Of a stretch of 64,000 bases of DNA, positions 1-10,393 are shown in pieces. Made by a program: the position numbers and the translations under genes. Origin of the DNA: a bacterium (GTDB lineage: Bacteria > Patescibacteriota > Saccharimonadia > Saccharimonadales > AWTP1-31); NCBI GenBank assembly GCA_030426125.1, contig JAUHZB010000003.1, forward strand, positions 3,872 to 67,871, read 5' to 3'. Numbering within the stretch: position 1 is the stretch's first letter; the number at the start of each line of letters is the position of its first letter. The notes under the pieces are model-generated. The model did not search any database, was not told where the DNA came from, and was given only the letters and a program-made list of their open reading frames with translations.

Positions 1-1248
1 CATCTGAAGAGGGTCTGTTTTGTCACCAAATTTGAAGGCTGTAGTAGGAGCGGTTGGACCAATTAAAAAATCATAAGTATTGAAAGCATCATTAAACTGA
101 TTAATTATCTTGGTTCTGGCTAGCTGGGCTTTACGGTAGTAAGCTTCGTAGTAGCCACTGGTTAGTACATAAGTACCAATCAAAATACGTCTGGTTGGTT
201 CTTTTCCAAACCCGTCCGATCTTGAAGAGATATAGCTGGAATCTAAATTCTCTGCAGATTGGCTACTATAGCCAAAACGTTGACCATCATATCTACTTAA
301 ATTACTACTAATCTCAGCTGGCACGATTATATAATAAGCAGGAACAGAGTAGTCTAGACTTGGCATGCCTACTTCCTCTACCGTTGCTCCTAGTTTTTTT
401 AAATTAGCTAGCGACTGCTCAATAGCCGAACGTACATTATCTGCAACACCGCTAGACATGTATTGCTTTATAACACCTATTTTTAATTTACTGACGTCAA
501 CGGGTTTAACTTCACTGTAATTGTCCTGTGGTTCAATAGTTGTACTATCCAAGGGATCTTTTCCGGACATAATTTCTAGCAATAGCGCCAAGTCTTCACT
601 AGATTTTGTCAGTAGACCAACCGTGTCGGTACTACTAGCCATAGCTACAATGCCACTACGACTCATCAGCCCATAGCTGGGCTTATAGCCCACACAACCG
701 CTGAAACTAGCTGGTTGTCTACTCGAACCACCAGTGTCTGTTCCTAGAGCAAAGGGAACGATATCTAAAACTACAGCCACTGCTGAACCGCCTGAAGATC
801 CTCCTGGTACTTTAGATTTATCTACTGGGTTCAGTGAAGGTCCGAAGTCGCTGTTTTCAGTACTACCACCGTGGCCAAAAGCATCCAAATTGGCTTTGGC
901 GATACAAATGGCACCTTCGGTTTCTAGCTTATTAATAACGGTAGCCTGATATGGCGCTTCAAAACCTTTTAAGATGTTACTGGCTGCTGTGGTGTCGGCG
1001 CCAAAGACTAAAAAGTTGTCTTTAGCTATAAAAGGGACTCCAGCTAGTCGACCTACATGCTCCTTGTTAGCAATTTTGTCGTCTATTTCTTTAGCACGCT
1101 TAAGAGCTGATTCTTCGAGCGACGCTATAACGCTGTTATACTCCTTGGCGTCTTTTAGTAAATTCAGCGATTTAGTAACTAGCTCGGTTGCCGAGGTTTT
1201 ACCGCTGACTACATTGTCAGCTATCTGACTTATTTTGTCCCACTTCAT
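1..1248 (-). CDS. gatA: Glu-tRNA(Gln) amidotransferase subunit A (amidase family); C-terminal end runs off the window
   Basis: Absent from the ORF track because no stop lies in the window. My minus-strand translation from ATG 1248-1246 reads MKWDKISQIADNVVSGKTSATELV... and includes the amidase signature VPGGSSGGSAVAV (reverse complement of ~780-830). ATGA overlap with the gatC stop. Confidence 0.85.
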   Translation of the reverse strand, partial: MKWDKISQIADNVVSGKTSATELVTKSLNLLKDAKEYNSVIASLEESALKRAKEIDDKIANKEHVGRLAGVPFIAKDNFLVFGADTTAASNILKGFEAPYQATVINKLETEGAICIAKANLDAFGHGGSTENSDFGPSLNPVDKSKVPGGSSGGSAVAVVLDIVPFALGTDTGGSSRQPASFSGCVGYKPSYGLMSRSGIVAMASSTDTVGLLTKSSEDLALLLEIMSGKDPLDSTTIEPQDNYSEVKPVDVSKLKIGVIKQYMSSGVADNVRSAIEQSLANLKKLGATVEEVGMPSLDYSVPAYYIIVPAEISSNLSRYDGQRFGYSSQSAENLDSSYISSRSDGFGKEPTRRILIGTYVLTSGYYEAYYRKAQLARTKIINQFNDAFNTYDFLIGPTAPTTAFKFGDKTDPLQM

Positions 1249-1535
1249 AGAACTTTTGGCACCTTTATATGATTGCCCTTCCGATTAGGCAGATTAGCTA
1301 AGATTGCTTCTTGACTGATTCCATAGTCCTCAACAGTATCTGGTCTAGTTATATTCGTAAGTCCAGTAACCTGAAAAGTTGGCTCTAATCCTTCAGTGTC
1401 TAGTTCGCTAAGCTTCTCTACGAAATTTAGTATTTCTTCTAGATCTGCTTTATAGCTATCTATATCATCGCCAGAAATTGAAATCTTGGCGAGCTTGGAC
1501 AATTCTAATACTTCTTCATTTGTGAGTCGGGCCAT
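1245..1535 (-). CDS. gatC: Glu-tRNA(Gln) amidotransferase subunit C
   Basis: The track ORF is 1245..1673. The GatC-like sequence begins at internal Met47 (MARLTNEEVLELSKLAKISISGDDID...), giving 96 aa. Sits directly upstream of and overlapping gatA. Confidence 0.8.
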   Translation of the reverse strand: MARLTNEEVLELSKLAKISISGDDIDSYKADLEEILNFVEKLSELDTEGLEPTFQVTGLTNITRPDTVEDYGISQEAILANLPNRKGNHIKVPKVL

Positions 1536-1691
1536 TCCTGCTAGTATACCAAATTTATTAACATTATTGGATAGTATTAGTGTAACTAGAAAAAGTCTAG
1601 ACAGATGCACTAAACTCTTTGATTCTTTACAAGATTCTATATAAAGGTTATGATAATTACTAATAATTAGCATCCTCGAGTATGGTTATAT

Positions 1692-2786
1692 ATGACTAAC
1701 ATCAATAACGGCTCTCCAGCAGAGATAAAACAAGATCACCCCAGTTCAAGAGCGGGTGATTTTTATTTTCCGACATTCGAAGTACCATCTAGTCAAGTTG
1801 AAGAATATTACCCTAATATTGAAGAACCTAACAGCCATGCTAGCGGACAAGTCTATACCGATGGTGCTGTTATGAGCGATGGACACAGTTATGCGGTGGT
1901 TAGAGGCCAACCTAACCGTCCTAGAGCTGATCTTTCCCTAGCAATGACTAGCGCCTGGTTGACTAGTCCAAGAGGCCACAATAGGCACACAGTTGAGCAC
2001 TTCATGCGACTCGGTATACCAATTACCCTCATTGGAGCTGAAGGTAGTTATCATCCAAAAGTTGAACTCTCTAAAGATGCAGTTGCTAGATTGTCGAAAA
2101 TATCACTAGCTACTAGCGCCCATAATTTTCATGAGATTCTAACAGCTGCCGATGACGAGGTGCCGGCAATGACTGGACACAGCGACATAGTTTTACTTGG
2201 AGAATCGCGTGGTGCTATGGTCGGAATGGGTATCGTTGCTTTTGCTGATTACCATAAAAGAAACGTTGTCTATTCGGATTTGACCGCCCCCTGTTTTCCG
2301 ACTAAATTTTCATTAAGTGAAGCGCCAGAGATGTCCAAACAGTTGCTCTCTGAGCCACTTCAACTAGTCAAGATTGTCGGCGGTTTAACACTTAGAACTC
2401 TAATACATTATCCGCCAACTATTGACCCCCACCCAACTGCTAGCGCTAATAATTTGGCAACCTTACCGACATTATTGAGTGGTCAGGCCGGTCAGCTTGG
2501 CTCCCATATTCCAAAACTTCATAACATGCATGTAACTTTATTCAGTAATGATATCGTTAGCAATCCAGAAGGGTGGCGCCAAATATTTGCTGGTCATCCT
2601 AATATTAGGGTTATTGGTATTGATGGCGCCCATCTGACAATTGCTCACCCTTCGACTCTTAGTCACATAGAAAGTCGTATTTTTAGTTTGATCGATGAGG
2701 TGAACAAACAAGGAACTACTAACCCTATGGAATTAGACTTCAGTGATATACATTTATCCGATGGCGTACCGCCACTAGAAGACTAG
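1692..2786 (+). CDS. Hypothetical protein, possible alpha/beta-hydrolase fold
   Basis: 364-aa ORF. GxSxG-type nucleophile elbow (LLGESRGAMVGMG) and a late His (DGAHLTIAHP). No family recognised. Confidence 0.35.
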   Translation: MTNINNGSPAEIKQDHPSSRAGDFYFPTFEVPSSQVEEYYPNIEEPNSHASGQVYTDGAVMSDGHSYAVVRGQPNRPRADLSLAMTSAWLTSPRGHNRHTVEHFMRLGIPITLIGAEGSYHPKVELSKDAVARLSKISLATSAHNFHEILTAADDEVPAMTGHSDIVLLGESRGAMVGMGIVAFADYHKRNVVYSDLTAPCFPTKFSLSEAPEMSKQLLSEPLQLVKIVGGLTLRTLIHYPPTIDPHPTASANNLATLPTLLSGQAGQLGSHIPKLHNMHVTLFSNDIVSNPEGWRQIFAGHPNIRVIGIDGAHLTIAHPSTLSHIESRIFSLIDEVNKQGTTNPMELDFSDIHLSDGVPPLED

Positions 2787-2824
2787 TCCTACTAGGTAAC
2801 ATATAATGCGGTCATTAGCGAGCG

Positions 2825-4783
2825 CTACATTTGTTTTTTAATGTTATCAATGGTGTCGCGTAGTTCTGCTGCTTTCTCGAACTGGAGATTTGATGAAGCT
2901 ATTTCCATCTGAGCTGTTAAATCTTTAACGATATGTGGATATTCATCTTTAGGAATCTTTTTGAGATTTATTTTATCTTTAGGCTGATCTTCTTTCTGGT
3001 GCATCGCCTCCTCAACTGCCTTTTGTATTCCAGCCGGAGTAATATTATGATCCTTGTTGTAGCGCATCTGAATTTTCCGACGCTTATTAGTTAAATCAAT
3101 GGTCCGTTGCATGCTTCCAGTTATGTTATCGGCGTACATAATCACCCTTCCTTCAAGGTGCCGAGCTGCCCGACCGACAGTTTGCGTTAAAGCTTGCTCA
3201 CTACGCAAGAACCCTTCTTTATCGGCGTCTAAAATAGCTACGAGGCTAACTTCTGGCAGGTCTAAGCCCTCTCTGAGTAAGTTAATACCTACTACTACAT
3301 CATAAACACCAAGTCTGAGGTCTCTAAGTATGTCAGTCCGGTCCAAAGTATCGACATCACTGTGCAGATAGGCAACTTTAATATTTAAATCCTTAAGATA
3401 GTCAGTTAATTCTTCGCTCATTCGTTTAGTTAGGGTGGTTACCAAAACGCGCTGACCTTTAGATGTAGTTGTCTTTATTTCAGCCAATAGATCGTCTATT
3501 TGACCTTCAAGCGGCCTAACTTCAATTGGTGGGTCGACCAGTCCTGTAGGTCTAATGATTTGTTCTATTGGTTGAGGGCTATGGCTAATTTCGTATTCTG
3601 CTGGGGTAGCACTAACGTAGACTACATCATTTAAATGACGTTCAAATTCACTAAATGTAAGTGGCCTGTTATCTAGCGCGCTAGGTAATCTAAAGCCATG
3701 TTCGACTAGTATTTCCTTGCGAGCCCGATCGCCGTTATACATACCTCTAATCTGTGGGATGGTCATGTGCGATTCATCGATAAACATCAAATAGTCGTCA
3801 GGGTAATAGTCCAGTAGGGTGGCTGGTTGTTCGCCGGGTTCGCGGTTGGTTAGATATCTACTGTAGTTTTCTATGCCTTTGACAAAGCCTGTTTCTTCAA
3901 GCATCTCTAGATCAAAGTTAGTGCGTTGCTGTAGTCTCTGAGCTTCTAGAAGCATGCCGTTCTTTTTGAAGAATTTTAAGCGAGTGTCTAATTCATCACG
4001 AATCTGACCCAAGGCTACTTTTAGTTTATCGAAAGGAGTTACGTAGTGGGAACTTGGGAATATCTTCAGCTGACTTTTATCTCTTAGGATTTCACCGGTC
4101 AGTGGATCTATTTGGGTAATCCGCTCGATTTCGTCACCAAAAAACTCAATGCGGTATGCAACTTCTTCACCAGCTGGGAAGATGTCAATTACATCACCGC
4201 GAACCCTAAACACCCCACGATGGAAGTCGATGTCATTTCTCTGGTATTGGATATCTGTTAGTTGCCGCAATAGCTTATCTCTTACGCGACGTTGTCCTTT
4301 CTTGATCTCTACAGCTAGTCCATCATAATCTTCAACCGAACCGATGCCATAAATACAGCTAACACTGGCAACGATAATTACGTCACTACGCGACAATAGG
4401 GCATCAGTAGCAGCATGTCTTAGACGGTCAATCTCTTCATTGATCTGACTATCTTTCTCGATGTAAGTATCACTCCTAGCAATGTAGGCTTCTGGTTGGT
4501 AGTAGTCAAAGTAACTAACGAAGTAATGAACAGCGTTTTCCGGGAAGAATTGTTTAAACTCATTGTATAGTTGAGCAGCCAAAGTTTTATTATGACTTAA
4601 AACCAGTGTTGGTCTTTGGACCTTTTCAATGACGTTAGCCATGGTGAAAGTCTTTCCAGATCCAGTTACACCGAGTAGAGTTTGCTGTTTTTGCCCAGCT
4701 TTAATACTACTCACTAATTTTTCAATAGCCATCGGTTGGTCGCCGGTTGGTCGGTAATCACTTTTTAGATTAAACTTAGCCAT
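2825..4783 (-). CDS. uvrB: Excinuclease ABC subunit B
   Basis: 652 aa. N-terminus [23 protein letters not shown], Walker A GVTGSGKT, helicase motifs, C-terminal UVR domain ([16 protein letters not shown]). Confidence 0.95.
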   Translation of the reverse strand: MAKFNLKSDYRPTGDQPMAIEKLVSSIKAGQKQQTLLGVTGSGKTFTMANVIEKVQRPTLVLSHNKTLAAQLYNEFKQFFPENAVHYFVSYFDYYQPEAYIARSDTYIEKDSQINEEIDRLRHAATDALLSRSDVIIVASVSCIYGIGSVEDYDGLAVEIKKGQRRVRDKLLRQLTDIQYQRNDIDFHRGVFRVRGDVIDIFPAGEEVAYRIEFFGDEIERITQIDPLTGEILRDKSQLKIFPSSHYVTPFDKLKVALGQIRDELDTRLKFFKKNGMLLEAQRLQQRTNFDLEMLEETGFVKGIENYSRYLTNREPGEQPATLLDYYPDDYLMFIDESHMTIPQIRGMYNGDRARKEILVEHGFRLPSALDNRPLTFSEFERHLNDVVYVSATPAEYEISHSPQPIEQIIRPTGLVDPPIEVRPLEGQIDDLLAEIKTTTSKGQRVLVTTLTKRMSEELTDYLKDLNIKVAYLHSDVDTLDRTDILRDLRLGVYDVVVGINLLREGLDLPEVSLVAILDADKEGFLRSEQALTQTVGRAARHLEGRVIMYADNITGSMQRTIDLTNKRRKIQMRYNKDHNITPAGIQKAVEEAMHQKEDQPKDKINLKKIPKDEYPHIVKDLTAQMEIASSNLQFEKAAELRDTIDNIKKQM

Positions 4784-4819
4784 TCTTTAAGTTTACAATA
4801 AACAATAGTTGTAGAGTAA

Positions 4820-5398
4820 TTACTTTTTACGGTAAATATGTCTGTAGGCTTTGTTATGCTCATTCAGGACTTTGGTGAGCTTAGAAAGTACCGTTGTAGC
4901 ATCATTACCGAAGTAAACTTGGTTTGCAGCAATTCTATCTGATGCTTTAAGTAGGTCAAGCATGTCTTGAACTTCACTACTTATCCCGCCGGCTCCCATA
5001 ATAAAACCGATTGGGGTGTCCGTTTCAATTGCAATCGTAAACTCATGTAGCGTGCCCATGCGCCCCCCAATACTTACTACAGCGTCGGAGCTGTTGATAA
5101 GCAAGGTGTCTCTACCGATGTAATGTAAGCCAGTAAATAAAATTGTGTCGTAATGCTCAGTCGGCAGCCGATACTTTAAGACGTGCTCCTGCTTACTGGC
5201 CGCTGGGCTAATTCCAACACTCATCAGACCACCCGCCTTTTTGTAACTCTCTGCTGCAATGTTCGGCAGTCCGATAGTAGCCCCAGTTAGTAATGAATGG
5301 CCTTGTTTAGCAATTTCTTTACCAGCCTGCTTGGCTAACTCAGTTCCCTGCTCTACACTTTTTCCTCTGGAAGCCCCAGATACACATATTTGATACAT
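4820..5398 (-). CDS. LOG/SLOG-superfamily Rossmann protein (TIGR00725-like)
   Basis: 192 aa. Glycine-rich N-terminus ICVSGASRG and a LOG-type GGxGTxxE motif (IGGRMGTLHEF). TAATG 1-nt overlap with the upstream ORF. Confidence 0.55.
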   Translation of the reverse strand: MYQICVSGASRGKSVEQGTELAKQAGKEIAKQGHSLLTGATIGLPNIAAESYKKAGGLMSVGISPAASKQEHVLKYRLPTEHYDTILFTGLHYIGRDTLLINSSDAVVSIGGRMGTLHEFTIAIETDTPIGFIMGAGGISSEVQDMLDLLKASDRIAANQVYFGNDATTVLSKLTKVLNEHNKAYRHIYRKK

Positions 5399-6675
5399 TA
5401 AAACTCTGCCATTTCGGTTTTAAATACTTTATTATCTAGCTGATTAATTAGTACTTGCTGAAAGTTATCCTGCCCAACATAACGCAGTAGCAGTTCATTC
5501 CATAAACTATCCTTAAAATATTTCCTGGAATGATCCTTATACTCTAGCTTATTTATGTAACTTACTGCATTGTCCATTAAGCTAAGTGGAACTGGTCCAT
5601 CAGGGTATAGGGCGGCGATGTAGTCGAGGTCTTCCCAGAATTTTAAGGCGGGTTCTAGCCAGTAGATAACCGATTCTGCTTTGCGCCAGTATAGATCATC
5701 GGCTTGGATATGTGGTTCAAATAATTCCGGATATGGTAGATGAGGACGATTTCCATAATGTCGCTGAACAATTCGCCAGGAAACATCCTGGCTAGCAAGC
5801 CTAACAAAGTCATCGCTGTTATTAAGTAGAATATTGACTAGCTTTTTGCTAAAGTCCGGATGTACTTGATGCATTTTAAATATCGCACTATAGGAGCGTA
5901 CTTCGTTGATGTTATGAAGCAGTAATGGTAACACGGTGATCACTAGTCCGGGTAGTTTATCCACCCCTAGTGGCAAACAACCAATGATGCCATGTTCTAC
6001 AAGAACTACATTATTATGATGTTTCTGTTGAAGAAAACTAGAATACTTATCGCTAAGTTTCTTGTTGGTAACTACTTTGAGTTTAATCTTTCTAGTTTCG
6101 AAATCGGCTGGCGTTAGGCCGCTGTAGGATTTTATAAACTTTTTATTCCAGGTAGCTGTTTCACAAATTCGACTATAGATTAGTATATCCTCGGTTTTTT
6201 CACGCTTTAGCATAGAATCCAGTGATTTATATCCAAGGGCTGACTTTACTTTCTTCGGCGGGTTTTTCTTAAGTAATTTTTTGGCGCTACTGCTTTTAAT
6301 AACCCAAGCTTTACTGGGAATAGGTAGGCTATGGATCTTTTTTATAATGATTGACATCTGCTTACTCAGCGACATATCGGTTTCAATATTCAACTTTTTG
6401 TTTAGGAACTGATCATGTAGCCTGACCATCGATTGAAGCCCCCTATACAGCTCGTTGGCGGTTGTATCACTTGGATCTAGTCCAAGTTCTCGAATTTTTC
6501 GGTGTACTGTACCTTGGATAATTGAAGTCAAGTGAACGTCTATAGATGGATTACCAGCCTGGTGCTCCAATTCACTAATAGCCATACTAAAGTCTGGTTC
6601 TGGAGCATCTAATAATTGTGAAATAACTCGCGACATATCTATGCTACTAAGATTATCACGTATTATCTTAAGCAT
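5398..6675 (-). CDS. Hypothetical protein (425 aa), no recognisable family
   Basis: Long uninterrupted ORF, translationally coupled to the LOG-like gene. No motifs recognised. Confidence 0.5.
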   Translation of the reverse strand: MLKIIRDNLSSIDMSRVISQLLDAPEPDFSMAISELEHQAGNPSIDVHLTSIIQGTVHRKIRELGLDPSDTTANELYRGLQSMVRLHDQFLNKKLNIETDMSLSKQMSIIIKKIHSLPIPSKAWVIKSSSAKKLLKKNPPKKVKSALGYKSLDSMLKREKTEDILIYSRICETATWNKKFIKSYSGLTPADFETRKIKLKVVTNKKLSDKYSSFLQQKHHNNVVLVEHGIIGCLPLGVDKLPGLVITVLPLLLHNINEVRSYSAIFKMHQVHPDFSKKLVNILLNNSDDFVRLASQDVSWRIVQRHYGNRPHLPYPELFEPHIQADDLYWRKAESVIYWLEPALKFWEDLDYIAALYPDGPVPLSLMDNAVSYINKLEYKDHSRKYFKDSLWNELLLRYVGQDNFQQVLINQLDNKVFKTEMAEF

Positions 6676-6755
6676 AAAGATAATAGTTTCCTTGTTTTAT
6701 ATAAATGCTTATGTAACAATAAATGCAGAATATTATCTAAGAATAAGGGTGGTAA

Positions 6756-7751
6756 ATGGCAATAGATGTATTATCGGTTGGGGACATAGTAACAGATGCA
6801 TTTATTAAGATGTTCGATGATCAGGCTCACACTTTTGAAGACAAAAATGGTAAGTGGATCGCTATTCCTTGGGGAGCTAAAATACCATACGATCATGTCG
6901 AGGAATTACAAGCTGTTGGCAATGCTCCGAATGCTAGTGTTAGTTTCGCCAGATTAGGCCTTAAGAGCGCCCTGCAGGCTAACGTCGGGTCTGATCAAGC
7001 CGGTAGAGATATGTTGGCTGCTCTTGAAAAAAACAAAGTTGACACTAGCCTAATGAAAGTTAACCGCGGAAAACAGAGTAATTATCATTATGTGCTGTGG
7101 CACAAGGCTGAACGCACAATTCTAATCAAACATGAAGAATATGACTATCATTGGCCGCACCTTAGACCTAAAGAAATTCCCCGCTGGATTTACTTTAGTT
7201 CAATTAGTGAAAACGCCATGGATTTCCACGATGATTTAGCTGATTGGTTAGATCGTCATGATGATGTAAAACTTGCCTTCCAGCCGGGTACTTTCCAAAT
7301 AGCTGCTGGTACCAAGAAGCTAAGAAAATTGTATAAACTTACTGAAGTACTAGCTGTAAACCGCGAAGAGGCTGTTCAAATTACTGGTGGAGACCATAAA
7401 GACATCCATGATCTTATGGATAAATTGCACGCCCTTGGTCCAAAGATTGTATGTATTAGCGACGGTCCTGACGGAGCTTATGCCTCAGACGGAACCCAAC
7501 GCCTCAAAATGCCTATTTATCCTGATCCTTCACCACCACTGGAGCGCACTGGAGCCGGAGACGCCTTTACTTCAACTTTTGTGGCTGCTTTGATACACGG
7601 CAGTGACATCGAAGGTGCATTGCAGTGGGGACCAATCAATTCCATGAGTGTCGTGCAACACGTCGGTGCTCAAGCAGGATTGTTGAGCGAAGCCCAATTA
7701 AACAAGTTACTCAAACAATCTCCAAAATGGTATAGACCAAAACCTTTTTAG
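6756..7751 (+). CDS. PfkB-family carbohydrate kinase
   Basis: 331 aa. C-terminal ribokinase/PfkB signature TGAGDAFTSTFVAAL. Divergent from fba. Confidence 0.8.
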   Translation: MAIDVLSVGDIVTDAFIKMFDDQAHTFEDKNGKWIAIPWGAKIPYDHVEELQAVGNAPNASVSFARLGLKSALQANVGSDQAGRDMLAALEKNKVDTSLMKVNRGKQSNYHYVLWHKAERTILIKHEEYDYHWPHLRPKEIPRWIYFSSISENAMDFHDDLADWLDRHDDVKLAFQPGTFQIAAGTKKLRKLYKLTEVLAVNREEAVQITGGDHKDIHDLMDKLHALGPKIVCISDGPDGAYASDGTQRLKMPIYPDPSPPLERTGAGDAFTSTFVAALIHGSDIEGALQWGPINSMSVVQHVGAQAGLLSEAQLNKLLKQSPKWYRPKPF

Positions 7752-7797
7752 CCATCGATACTCAGCAATCTTAGTCAAACAACTAATACTAATGATG

Positions 7798-8715
7798 TTA
7801 GTATATCTTTGCTTTACCACTAGCTCCAAAAGAAGCAATTTTTGACTCTACAACGGCCTGTACGGCGTCTATAACCTCGTCCATCAGCTTAATGACTGCG
7901 TATTCGCTTTTATTCTTTTTTAAAACGTCTTCTAGGGTGGTACGGTAAGCGATCCGCATGTCGGAATTTATATTTATTTTACTTACTCCAATTTCAACTG
8001 CATCTTCAAAATAGTGCCCTGGTGTGCCACTGCCACCATGCAAGCTAATGTTGCAATCTATGGCTTCGCGTATTTGCTTTAGAAGGTTAAGGTCTAGTTT
8101 TTTGGCTACCGGGTAGGAACCATGAAGGTTTCCAACAGCCGCCGCAAAGGTATCTATTCCAGTGGCATCTACAAACTGTTTCGCTCCCTCAGGAGTGCTA
8201 AAAGTCTTTTTTATCTCTTGGTAATCGAAGGCTTTAGTGAACTTATTCGAACCACCACCGAAGTAGTGTGGCTCGCTTTCAACTATTGCACCGGTTTTCT
8301 TGGCATAATCAACTACTTCTTTGGTTCTGGAGATAATTAGCTCATCACTGGCATCATGATCAGCTTGGGATATATCAATATGGATAAATTCAAAACCAGC
8401 ATCGATTGCCTGCTTGGCGCTTTCAACTTTAGGCGAATGGTCTAGATTGATGTACATTTCTACGCCATACTCAGCTTTATAGTTATCAACCAGATCTCTT
8501 ACATTCTCTAGGCCCAGCATTTCTACTTCGCTATGGCTTACCTCAACTAGTACAGGGGCCTTGTGTTTGGCTGCTGCCCTGGTTACAGCAATCAAAGTTT
8601 CTTGGTTATCTAAGTTAAATGCTCCTAGAGCAAATTTGTGTTGGCGGGCCCGCTTCATAGCTTCTCGGGCTTGTTGGCAATTTCTTTTACTTTGTTCTAG
8701 TGTATATGGCATCAA
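7798..8715 (-). CDS. fba: Class II fructose-bisphosphate aldolase
   Basis: 305 aa. FNLDNQETLIAV...APVLVEVS, zinc/His region ISLHGGSGTP. Confidence 0.88.
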   Translation of the reverse strand: MMPYTLEQSKRNCQQAREAMKRARQHKFALGAFNLDNQETLIAVTRAAAKHKAPVLVEVSHSEVEMLGLENVRDLVDNYKAEYGVEMYINLDHSPKVESAKQAIDAGFEFIHIDISQADHDASDELIISRTKEVVDYAKKTGAIVESEPHYFGGGSNKFTKAFDYQEIKKTFSTPEGAKQFVDATGIDTFAAAVGNLHGSYPVAKKLDLNLLKQIREAIDCNISLHGGSGTPGHYFEDAVEIGVSKININSDMRIAYRTTLEDVLKKNKSEYAVIKLMDEVIDAVQAVVESKIASFGASGKAKIY

Positions 8716-8768
8716 TCTCTATCCTTATGCTTAAGAATAGCATATAATCTAGGTTAAGGACCAGAGCA

Positions 8769-9395
8769 ATGTCGAATATAGCCGAAGATAAAAACAAATA
8801 TATATTAATGATAAAATGGCTGACACCAAGCCTCTTAGAGATGGCTATTTATCTATTTATTGTGTTAGTAACTTTATTCTTTAGCTCCCAAGACTTTATT
8901 AAGCAAAGCTTGTTTGTGTCTGGTGATTTTAATCCTATACAGTCTGGAATTGATTCTATTGACGTCTTACTTCAGAATGTTGTCGGAGAGCAAATCGCCG
9001 GGTCCTTGTCGTTAGCAATATTTTGGGGTTTAGTGGGTGTCGCCGTGAATATGTTTTGGTGGCTTGGCTCTAATTTCTCATCTGAATTATCTAATGACTT
9101 GGTGTTTAGTAAATACGTTCATCCTAAAGACAGTGATCCTCGCTCACCACTCAGGGAATTTATAGAAAAAACCCTATTTAGAACTGCTGCAGCCGTTATT
9201 GCACTAATCTATAGCAATTTATTCATTTCAGATTTACTGCCCCGCATCACCACCCGGATGAGTTATTTCATCGAGAATTGGTCAATATCTAAGGAGTGGT
9301 TGTCGCTACTACTGGCTATAGTTAGTCAACTAATCTTACTGCACATTTTTACTATACTAGTTAAACTAGTGCTACTTAAAAAAGATATTATTTAG
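8769..9395 (+). CDS. Hypothetical multi-pass membrane protein
   Basis: 208-aa ORF with several hydrophobic segments. Confidence 0.5.
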   Translation: MSNIAEDKNKYILMIKWLTPSLLEMAIYLFIVLVTLFFSSQDFIKQSLFVSGDFNPIQSGIDSIDVLLQNVVGEQIAGSLSLAIFWGLVGVAVNMFWWLGSNFSSELSNDLVFSKYVHPKDSDPRSPLREFIEKTLFRTAAAVIALIYSNLFISDLLPRITTRMSYFIENWSISKEWLSLLLAIVSQLILLHIFTILVKLVLLKKDII

Positions 9396-9421
9396 GCCTG
9401 CTTAATATCTTTCTTAATATT

Positions 9422-10393
9422 CTATAGTATTTGATGGACTTTAAGAGCGATATGTTTAGGCGTTAATCCGTAATGTTCAAGTAGATCGTCCGGGCTACCG
9501 GATTGACCAAATTTGTCTTGTACTCCCATACGGTGAACTGGCAACGGATCTTCATCGGCTAGTAATTCACAAATTGCACTACCCATTCCAGCGCTAATCT
9601 GTCCTTCCTCAACGGTTATTACCTTTTTAGTTTTTCTGACGCTTCTAAGCACCGTTTCAGAGTCTAATGGCTTAATAGTTGGCAAGTGTACAACCTCAAC
9701 ACTAATATTGTCTTTGGCGAGGTTTTCAGCAGCCACAAGAGCATTGTAGGTCATTGTACCGGTAGCAATTATAGTTATGTCGGTGCCTTCCCTATAGACG
9801 TAAGCTTTGCCAATCTCAAACGGTGTCTTATCGGTTGTAAATACAGCTGTAGGCTCTCTAGTTAAACGTAGATAGCTAGGGCTGTCATGAGAGGCCAAAG
9901 CTATTGTCGCTTTTTGTGCTTGGATGCTATCAGCTGGAGCAATAACCACCATATTTGGCAATACTCTTGTTAATGCAATATCTTCTAGCATCTGGTGAGT
10001 AGCTCCATCGGCGCCGGTATACAGTCCTGCATGTGATCCGACAACGTGAACAACCTGTTCGTTCAGACAAATTGTAGTTCGAATTTGCTCCCAGTTCCTA
10101 CCAGGACTAAAGGCAGCATAGGAGCTAACAAATGGGATCTTGCCCATAGCTGCTAAACCAGAGCCGACAGTTACTAGATTTTGTTCAGCTACTCCGACCT
10201 CGACAAACCTATCAGGAAATTCTTCAGCGAACATATTCATGGCTGTGGAGCCGGTTAGATCAGCACAGGCTGCTACAACCTGGTCATTTTGCTGTCCGGC
10301 AGCAAGTAGTCCTTTACCAAAGCCTTTCTTTATGGCTTCAGTATCAAATTTGTGATTTAAGAAGTTATCGGTAATTAAATTGATGTTATTCAT
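9422..10393 (-). CDS. Transketolase, C-terminal (pyrimidine-binding) subunit
   Basis: 323 aa. FVEVGVAEQNLVTVGSGLA, GATHQMLEDIA. 8-nt overlap with the N-terminal subunit gene. Confidence 0.9.
   Translation of the reverse strand: MNNINLITDNFLNHKFDTEAIKKGFGKGLLAAGQQNDQVVAACADLTGSTAMNMFAEEFPDRFVEVGVAEQNLVTVGSGLAAMGKIPFVSSYAAFSPGRNWEQIRTTICLNEQVVHVVGSHAGLYTGADGATHQMLEDIALTRVLPNMVVIAPADSIQAQKATIALASHDSPSYLRLTREPTAVFTTDKTPFEIGKAYVYREGTDITIIATGTMTYNALVAAENLAKDNISVEVVHLPTIKPLDSETVLRSVRKTKKVITVEEGQISAGMGSAICELLADEDPLPVHRMGVQDKFGQSGSPDDLLEHYGLTPKHIALKVHQIL

Noticed and set aside
734-1228. Plus-strand ORFs 734..949 and 974..1228 in the ORF track
   Set aside because: They lie antisense to a clear amidase-signature gatA reading frame on the minus strand. 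They are low-complexity and match no family.
1536-1673. N-terminal extension of the gatC ORF (MLIISNYHNLYIESCK...)
   Set aside because: The GatC-like sequence begins at the internal Met (1535). The extension is AT-rich and looks like promoter or leader DNA.
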